Made by a program: the position numbers and the translations under genes
From: Deltaproteobacteria bacterium
GTDB lineage: Bacteria > Desulfobacterota_D > UBA1144 > Nemesobacterales > CSP1-2
Length of the DNA stretch: 64,000 bases
Direction of reading: 5' to 3'
Assembly: GCA_052390235.1 (NCBI GenBank)
Contig: JBQTHB010000006.1
Coordinates: 224,001-288,000, forward strand
Notes under the pieces: generated by a model
The model's input: the letters and a program-made list of their open reading frames with translations, nothing else
What the model was told of the DNA's origin: nothing
The model's database searches: none
Shown here: positions 60,753 to 64,000 of the stretch, in pieces
Numbering within the stretch: the stretch's first letter is position 1
Layout of the letters: each line of letters starts with the position of its first letter

Positions 60753-61958
60753 TTATGGCAATGTGTTTAAAAACTCATACAGGTATGAGTAACTCGGGTT
60801 TTTAGATGAATTTCCTTTTGTCTTTTTGTCCATATCCATGAATTGAAGCGTTTCGCCTTCACTTAAGAATCTAGCTCTCATTATGTGTACAAAAGGAATA
60901 AAATCTTTACCGCATTGGAATATCTTAATGTGCAAAGGGGATGCTCTTCTGTCATGCTCCTGACCGGTTATCATGACTTTTTTCCCCATAGACTGAAACT
61001 GAAATTGGTGAGGAAGTCCGAAAATAGAGCCTTTCGGAGCATTCAAACCTGTACTCTTATCTGAAGTCAAAAATTTCTTTACGTCGTCATAATCTTTTGT
61101 AACATAATAAGAAAATGAAGATCGTTTAAATTCGCCTTTTTCTTTATCCTCTCGAAAATTGCGTAGATGTTCTCCAATCCAATTTAAGGCTTCAGTAGAC
61201 TGTGGCTTGGTCTGATTAACCACTACGTAAGGCCAAAAGTCTTGGAATTTAGGAAATATCATTGAGAATGGGGGTTCTTCCTTTGGTTGAGAGACATTAA
61301 TGCCAACAAACTTAGAAAAATGCTCTAAAATAGCCCCCGGTTCTGATTGAATATACTCCTTCAATTCCTTAGCATTGGAACAGTTTTTGAAATTAGTCTC
61401 ATATTCCGTCATATTCTCAGCTACTTTTAGCCCGCCAAATCCCTTCCTAGAGCGAGACCCCAAGTTACCTAGATTGATTAATAGCCAAAAAGACTGGACA
61501 ATCAGCTTCTTTTCATCTTCAGTTGCTCTCCTGAAAACGAGATCAACTCTGAATTTGGTCCCTTGCGGTATGTATCTTCTCTCCCTTCCTTTCTCGCCTA
61601 GTCCATACCCCAAGTATCTCAAGCCTTTCTCTTTCTGGTTAGGTCTAAAATCCTTACTATCTCTATCAGAGTTAAACCGACTTGAGACTAATACAGTAAC
61701 CTTACTGCTCGCTTCCGTAGTTCCCCATATTTCCGCCTCCTTCTCAGCTAGTTTTTTAATAAGTTCTTCATCCTTCTCAGCTAGTTTTTTAATAAGTTCT
61801 TCATCCTTATATTTGGAGAATAAAACACCCCCCATCATCGCCCTGAACCAAAACCTCATCGCCCCGCGGATGGAAGGGGGGCGCAGTTCCGGCTTGCCGT
61901 CTGCATCTCCCAGAAAAAGCGGGGTTACTACTTCGAGTTCAAAAGAGGCTTTGTTCAT
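60753..61958 (-). CDS. cmr1: Type III-B RAMP Cmr1
   Basis: VTPLFLG, ELRPPSIRGAMRFWFR, GNLGSRSRKGFG, IFGLP, RRASPL. Confidence 0.95.
   Translation of the reverse strand: MNKASFELEVVTPLFLGDADGKPELRPPSIRGAMRFWFRAMMGGVLFSKYKDEELIKKLAEKDEELIKKLAEKEAEIWGTTEASSKVTVLVSSRFNSDRDSKDFRPNQKEKGLRYLGYGLGEKGRERRYIPQGTKFRVDLVFRRATEDEKKLIVQSFWLLINLGNLGSRSRKGFGGLKVAENMTEYETNFKNCSNAKELKEYIQSEPGAILEHFSKFVGINVSQPKEEPPFSMIFPKFQDFWPYVVVNQTKPQSTEALNWIGEHLRNFREDKEKGEFKRSSFSYYVTKDYDDVKKFLTSDKSTGLNAPKGSIFGLPHQFQFQSMGKKVMITGQEHDRRASPLHIKIFQCGKDFIPFVHIMRARFLSEGETLQFMDMDKKTKGNSSKNPSYSYLYEFLNTLP
61738..61808. repeat. Perfect in-frame 33-bp tandem duplication in cmr1
   Basis: TCCTTCTCAGCTAGTTTTTTAATAAGTTCTTCA x2 plus TCCTT; encodes KDEELIKKLAE x2. 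Confidence 0.95.
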
Positions 61959-62075
61959 TCACCTTCTCCCCTAATCTATATCTTCGGTTTCCGTCTTTTT
62001 TCTCTTATCCTAGCGCGCAAGAGCCTGCGAATAGCTTATGAGTCTATGCCAATTTTCAACGTATCGCATCAAAGG

Positions 62076-62096
62076 GCAACATTTCGGCAATATTGC
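62076..62096. promoter_or_regulatory. 21-bp dyad, copy 2 (candidate operator upstream of cmr1)
   Basis: GCAACATTTCGGCAATATTGC; exact reverse complement of 51150-51170. Confidence 0.65.
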
Positions 62097-62205
62097 CCGC
62101 GAGCGCAATTACCAATACCCGGTGTTTTCAGATATTGATGAATTTAATTTGAAATGTAAAGTGGTTTTGTGGGGAGAGCTAAAAATCAGGGAGAGGGGAT
62201 TTTTA

Positions 62206-62245
62206 TGTAGTGTAGTGTAGTGTAGTGTAGTGTAGTGTAGTGTAG
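62206..62245. repeat. Microsatellite (TGTAG)8
   Basis: Eight perfect 5-nt units counted directly. Confidence 0.97.
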
Positions 62246-62319
62246 CGCAAAAATTCAGTCTTTAGAGGCGGTTAGGGAATAGCGCTGTTGCGGCGAGGTG
62301 GGGAAGAGGCAGGAGATAC

Positions 62320-63516
62320 TCACCTCTGCAGAAAGCTCTTTAGCACCTGTTCCATGTTGGACGTCGCGAGCTTTTCAAGAGCGGATTTTTCAATCTGCCT
62401 TATGCGCTCGCGGGTGAGGTTAAACCGCCTGCCTATCTCATCTAGGGTGTAGGTGGTCTCTTTATCAATCCCAAATCTGAGCCTGAGGATTTCCTCCTCC
62501 CTCTCCGTAAGAAGCGATAGCGCCTCTCTTAGCTTCGCCGTAAGCCCCGACTTTGCCATTATCAAATCCGGCGATGGGGAGTCCTCGTCGGGGATGAAAT
62601 CGAGCAGAGTCGTCTTCTCGCCGTCCATTATGGGGGAGTCAAGGCGGACGGCGTCGTTCGTAGCCTTGAGGATGCGTTTAGTAACCTCGACCGATAGCCC
62701 GGACTTTACCGCAATCTCCTCGGGCGTGGGTTTTCTGCCGAATTCCTTCTGGAGACCCGCGCTGACTTTATAGACCTTGCTCGCCTGCTCAAGCAGATAC
62801 ACGGGAACTTTTATCGTTCTAGTCTGCTCTTGAATCGAGCGCATCACGGCTTGATGAATCCACCACGAGGCGTAGGTTGAGAATTTATACCCCTTCGTGT
62901 GGTCAAATCGCTCTACCGCTCTCATGAGTCCTAGATTGCCCTCTTGGATGAGGTCTGAGAGGGGAAGCCCGCGATTTATGTAGCGGTTTGCGATACTTAC
63001 GACGAGCCTTAAATTGGCTTTGGCGAATCGCTCCTTGAGTTCTTTTGCGCGGTCGGAGCAGACTTTAAGGAGGATTTCTTTGCGTTTGAGATGCTCGGCG
63101 AGGTTCGCGTTTTTAAACCTGCGAGGGATTTCGGCGCTTTGGTATTCGTCGAGAGCGGTTTTTATTCTTCTGGCCTGCTCTTCGCATTTTTTTATTTTGG
63201 CGGAGACCTCAATCTCCTGCCTCGCTGTGAAAAGAGGCTCTCCGGCCATGTCCCTAAAGTAGGTGTAGAGAAGTCTAAACTGCTCGTCGGGAGCGCCGTC
63301 GTCGGCCGCTTTTTCCTCGGCGGCGTCTTCTTCGGCGTCGCTCTCTTTGGACTCGAATTCATTGAAATCAAAGTCGAATTCCGGGTCGTCCAGAGGCTCC
63401 AGGGCGAGGTTATCGGACACTTCGATGGAGGCAAACCCCTCGTCGTCTTCCCGTATAAACCCCTCCAGTTCGGACTCCGAACCCGGCTTATGAAACTCCT
63501 TATACTTCATTTCCAT
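62320..63516 (-). CDS. Second RpoD/RpoS-family sigma70 factor (group 2-like)
   Basis: [58 protein letters not shown]. Confidence 0.92.
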   Translation of the reverse strand: MEMKYKEFHKPGSESELEGFIREDDEGFASIEVSDNLALEPLDDPEFDFDFNEFESKESDAEEDAAEEKAADDGAPDEQFRLLYTYFRDMAGEPLFTARQEIEVSAKIKKCEEQARRIKTALDEYQSAEIPRRFKNANLAEHLKRKEILLKVCSDRAKELKERFAKANLRLVVSIANRYINRGLPLSDLIQEGNLGLMRAVERFDHTKGYKFSTYASWWIHQAVMRSIQEQTRTIKVPVYLLEQASKVYKVSAGLQKEFGRKPTPEEIAVKSGLSVEVTKRILKATNDAVRLDSPIMDGEKTTLLDFIPDEDSPSPDLIMAKSGLTAKLREALSLLTEREEEILRLRFGIDKETTYTLDEIGRRFNLTRERIRQIEKSALEKLATSNMEQVLKSFLQR

Positions 63517-63831
63517 ATAATTTCTGCCTTTAAAAAAATCCTCTCGTTAATTCAGAGTTGCAAAAGGAATTAAAGATGCGCCTGAGAAATATTGAATAGG
63601 GAGGGAATAAAACGCCGCCGCCAGATTTTCTTCGCCCCTCTAATCACCGCTGTATAATATATCTCCTTCGAGGGATGATTTCAAGACGAGGCAGACTGCC
63701 CAACGCCTCGCGCTGGGGACGAGAGCTGGATTTTAGCAGATCAGCCAGGGTAGGAGCGCTGTAAGGAAACAGGGGAGCGCGCCTTTGGATTGCCCAAGCA
63801 ACGCCCCTCCGCAGTCCGTAGCGCGAGGAAT

Positions 63832-64000
63832 TTACCTCGCCGACGCGTAGTTCTTTGCGACATGGTCCCAGTTGACCACATTCCACCAAGCGGCAATGTA
63901 GTCGGGCCTGCGGTTTTGATAATTGAGATAATAGGCGTGTTCCCACACATCTAGTCCGAGAATCGGCTTCATCCCCTCAGAAACCGGGTTGTCCTGGTTC
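63832..64000 (-). CDS. sodA: Fe/Mn superoxide dismutase, C-terminal part (runs off window end)
   Basis: Not in ORF track. Translated by hand: NQDNP...[36 protein letters not shown] suggests Mn type. Confidence 0.9.
   Translation of the reverse strand, partial: NQDNPVSEGMKPILGLDVWEHAYYLNYQNRRPDYIAAWWNVVNWDHVAKNYASAR

Noticed and set aside
62017..62031. sigma54 promoter for cmr1
   Set aside because: TTGC present, but the -24 GG is absent at the required spacing.
51150..62096. CRISPR-carrying transposon bounded by the 21-bp inverted repeats
   Set aside because: No transposase and no target-site duplication. Kept only as an alternative to the operator model.
62124..62155. GTTTTCAG...TTTGAAAT resembling a lone CRISPR repeat
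   Set aside because: Single copy in an AT-rich region; cannot be supported without the genome's array consensus.
62320..63516. Sigma factor as a CalpS-like CRISPR partner
   Set aside because: It is a group 1/2 sigma, not ECF, and no CalpL/CalpT (SAVED-Lon, anti-sigma) genes are present. Adjacency alone is insufficient.

Overview
Bacterial chromosomal window from a diderm (BamD, beta-barrels, lipoproteins). Its proteins look deltaproteobacteria-like, possibly Ca. Dadabacteria, but that lineage is inference only. Positions 1-29.6 kb are mostly housekeeping: tldD-like, rpsU-dnaG-rpoD, bamD, ribBA-ribH-nusB-trpD-trpC, argC, gap-pgk-fbaB, cysC, tsaD, M23 peptidase/bactofilin, coaBC, rluD-pgeF, argG, queA. 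Accessory content: (i) 30.1-35.3 kb, a TPR-beta-barrel + FecR-domain + two Cys/Asp-repeat lipoprotein operon; (ii) 39.6-40.4 kb, a dRS3/REP-like palindromic repeat cluster; (iii) 44.6-47.0 kb, a Fap-like module of Sec-exported C39 peptidase, outer-membrane barrel and a prepro-peptide with a 72-aa almost uncharged core; (iv) 51.2-62.0 kb, a type III-B (cmr1-6) CRISPR interference operon with three CARF proteins (Cami1-like CARF-RelE, TIGR02710-like CARF-HEPN, NE0113-like CARF-wHTH). In that operon cas10 is frameshifted, and no array, cas1, cas2 or cas6 is in the window. Best new observation: an identical 21-bp dyad (GCAATATT-GCCGA-AATGTTGC) brackets the cmr operon in inverted orientation. Each copy lies 28-29 nt upstream of a TAGA(C/T)T -10-like box, one before cmr1 and one before a downstream lipoprotein gene, which suggests a cyclic-oligoadenylate-responsive regulon. 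Also seen: a (TGTAG)8 microsatellite upstream of cmr1, a candidate anti-SD sRNA at about 21.96-22.05 kb, two sigma54 promoters and many apparently leaderless genes. All family calls are by eye from motifs; no database searches were run.
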